IMG/VR virus record: IMGVR_UViG_3300037180_000021
Coordinates: 1-64,000 of that record
DNA from: a virus
Length of the DNA: 64,000 nucleotides
Strand: one strand, 5' to 3'
Every line of letters begins with the position of its first letter. Within the stretch, counting starts at the first letter, position 1. The notes beneath the pieces were generated by a model. It made no database searches, was not told where the DNA came from, and was given only the letters and a program-made list of their open reading frames with translations. The position numbers and the translations under genes are program-made. Positions 62,107 to 64,000 of the stretch are shown one piece after another.

Positions 62107-63057
62107 ATGCCACTCATAACAGCTCTGACGTACCGCACCACTGGGGCCTGGGGCACTGGCACCGGCAGCGACCTGGTGAACTCTGCTGTCGACACCAATT
62201 TCTGGGACCTGGTGCAGAATGACCAGTACCTGCTGGGGCTGATCAACGGCTTCATCACCACGCCGCCGACCAGCATCGCAGATTTTATCGTATCTGGAGA
62301 TAGTTTTTTCGTCGAGCTGACCAACCACACCATGCTCGGGCCGTACACCTTGCCGGCTATCGATCTGAACTTCGTCGGGGCGTGGCAGCCGAGCACACCG
62401 CACTCGGTCAACACCGTGTTTGACATCAACGGCACGGTGTACGTCGTCGTCTTGGCCGATCCTGGACAGGTGACGTTCGACCCCGGCGCCAACGACGGCA
62501 ACGGCCACAACTACTTCCAGGTCCTGTTCTCGATGCCAGGCAACGTGCTGCCTACCGGCGGCACGGTGGGACAGGTGCTCACGGCCACTTCGATCGGCGG
62601 CATCGCCGTGCCGACGGTGGCGTGGGCCACGATGGACTTATCCGCTCTGGGCGACGTCACGCTGACAACGCTAGCCGTAGGCAACATCCTAAGGTGGAAC
62701 GGCTCGATGTGGGCGAATGCCGTTCCTACCTTGCCTACATATACTTTGGAAAATCTTACTGACGTTCAGATACTTAGTCCACTTGACTCGGGAGATCTGC
62801 TTCAGTGGAACGACAGCAAATGGGTTAACTCTACAATAGCTGCCCTCGGAATAACCTATGCAGACGTCAGCGGCACACTGACATACGCAAGCATCAGTGG
62901 TACGGCAAACACTGTTTCTTCTCTATTTGCTCCTGCTGTCGGAATACGAGACTTCGTTACTGATGCAACAGTTAATACTTTTGGAGCGCCGGCCGTCGGC
63001 GGTGGTGCCTTTGCCATGCCGGTGTGGAGCGATGGAACCGGCTGGTTCATAGGCTGA
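62107..63057 (+). CDS. tail fibre-like protein
   Basis: The C-terminal FVTDATVNTFGAPAVGGGAFAMPVWSDGTGWFIG motif is shared with the 23113 gene. The distal third is AT-richer. Confidence 0.55.
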   Translation: MPLITALTYRTTGAWGTGTGSDLVNSAVDTNFWDLVQNDQYLLGLINGFITTPPTSIADFIVSGDSFFVELTNHTMLGPYTLPAIDLNFVGAWQPSTPHSVNTVFDINGTVYVVVLADPGQVTFDPGANDGNGHNYFQVLFSMPGNVLPTGGTVGQVLTATSIGGIAVPTVAWATMDLSALGDVTLTTLAVGNILRWNGSMWANAVPTLPTYTLENLTDVQILSPLDSGDLLQWNDSKWVNSTIAALGITYADVSGTLTYASISGTANTVSSLFAPAVGIRDFVTDATVNTFGAPAVGGGAFAMPVWSDGTGWFIG

Positions 63058-63887
63058 TGCCAGACACCATCACCATCAACCCGCCGTGGCGGCTAGACCC
63101 ATTTCAGAACATCATCAATGTCAGTTTTGGCAGCTACTACGTTACTTTCGCTGGCGGTAGTACCAATGTTGGTATCGTAGGTACTGCTACTATTGGCGGT
63201 AAGACTGCTGCTTTTTCCGGAAGTGGAGGTAATCCGGGCTATATAAGCGTGAGCGGCGCCACTATCCTTCAGCAGGTAAATAGCTCACAGACAAGAACTC
63301 AGAGTGTCTACATCGATCTTGGCAATCCAGATAATAATCCGGGTGATAATATACAGGGGACAGGCACCTTTATCCTTAACAATACGGCAGGCGTCCTTCA
63401 GGTTTCCCCAGGTATTAAGACATTCGGTTTTAACTACGGCGCAAACGATTTTCTCATCACGGCAGATGAGGGCGGCGTGAGCTTTGCTCTAACTGAGGGC
63501 GGTGCCGTTACTTGGCAAGTTTATGCGATAGCGCCCGGCTCAAGCTCCCCACCACCTTACTGGAATGGCACCTATTTTGTGACTGGAGACCTCGTGCTTG
63601 TTAGTCAGGGGTCGTATGGCACTGGCGCGCCAGCTGATTTCAGTCTCCCAAGCGGTGATTCTGGTATTATTGCGGGCGCGCAGGGCACCGTCGCCATGTC
63701 CCTGATAAAGAAAGGTAACCTTGTGTACACGTGGCCAACAGGTGGTTCTTCATACTGGCAAGTAAGCGGTCCATATACACCGCCCGCCTTCCGTGACTTT
63801 GGCTTGGAAACCACACTTTGGTATGCAACTTACCCAGGCAACCTGGGCCCCTACGCAATACTACCATCCGGAACGCAGCCCTTCTAA
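63057..63887 (+). CDS. hypothetical tail fibre-associated protein
   Basis: TGATG overlap. 276 aa, Gly/Thr/Ser-rich, AT-richer. Confidence 0.45.
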   Translation: MPDTITINPPWRLDPFQNIINVSFGSYYVTFAGGSTNVGIVGTATIGGKTAAFSGSGGNPGYISVSGATILQQVNSSQTRTQSVYIDLGNPDNNPGDNIQGTGTFILNNTAGVLQVSPGIKTFGFNYGANDFLITADEGGVSFALTEGGAVTWQVYAIAPGSSSPPPYWNGTYFVTGDLVLVSQGSYGTGAPADFSLPSGDSGIIAGAQGTVAMSLIKKGNLVYTWPTGGSSYWQVSGPYTPPAFRDFGLETTLWYATYPGNLGPYAILPSGTQPF

Positions 63888-64000
63888 GTATGATCATCAC
63901 CGATGACTACCTGGAGCAGACATGCGTCATGACCTAGTGGTTCAAGAACGCCGTGGTGCTGAGTGATCTACGAAGTTAAGAACCTGAGCCCGTCGCCTCG

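Noticed and set aside
41843-63887. Diversity-generating retroelement (template/variable repeat plus reverse transcriptase) near the fibre genes.
   Set aside because: No reverse transcriptase ORF is present, and I saw no ~100-150-bp repeat pair with adenine-specific mismatches. A formal self-alignment was not possible.

Overview
The window looks like most of a GC-rich (roughly 60-65%) tailed-phage or prophage genome. The host is probably an alphaproteobacterium, because the phage carries a GcrA-like regulator. No integrase or att site is visible, so I cannot tell a prophage from a free phage genome.

Layout:
- 1-8043, minus strand: early and DNA-metabolism genes, including a partial C5 DNA methyltransferase, a DUF3800-like protein, GcrA-like, an SNF2 helicase and a VRR-NUC nuclease.
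- 8760-15660, plus strand: a replication block with an iteron-like array, family A DNA polymerase, Cas4-like exonuclease, primase-helicase and a NusG-like protein.
- 18366-20613: small and large terminase subunits.
- 20650-33290: a 12.7 kb accessory island that separates terL from the portal gene.
- 33292-63887: a complete morphogenesis module, from portal, Mu F-like protein, scaffold-like protein and major capsid through adaptor, tube, chaperone with a candidate -1 frameshift and tape measure to hub and fibres.

The most striking property is the load of selfish elements, all supported directly by the sequence:
- Two inteins, one in terL and one in the Mu F-like gene.
- A putative homing-endonuclease gene that lies inside the Mu F-like intein but on the opposite strand, giving 858 nt open on both strands.
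- Three different IS1595-family elements, each with cargo genes, terminal inverted repeats and a perfect 8-bp target-site duplication.
- Two short non-autonomous elements that share the ends of one of those IS elements.

Other notable points:
- A portal protein fused to a C-terminal 2H-phosphoesterase-like domain.
- Two tandem copies of an unclassified structured-RNA-like module next to a decayed tRNA-Pro.
- Three beta-helix receptor-binding or depolymerase-like modules that share swapped N- or C-terminal adaptors.
- A perfect (GGCGGT)14 poly-Gly linker.

All family names come from motif recognition by eye. No database search was run. Start codons are my best choice from the ORF track and local ribosome-binding-site context.
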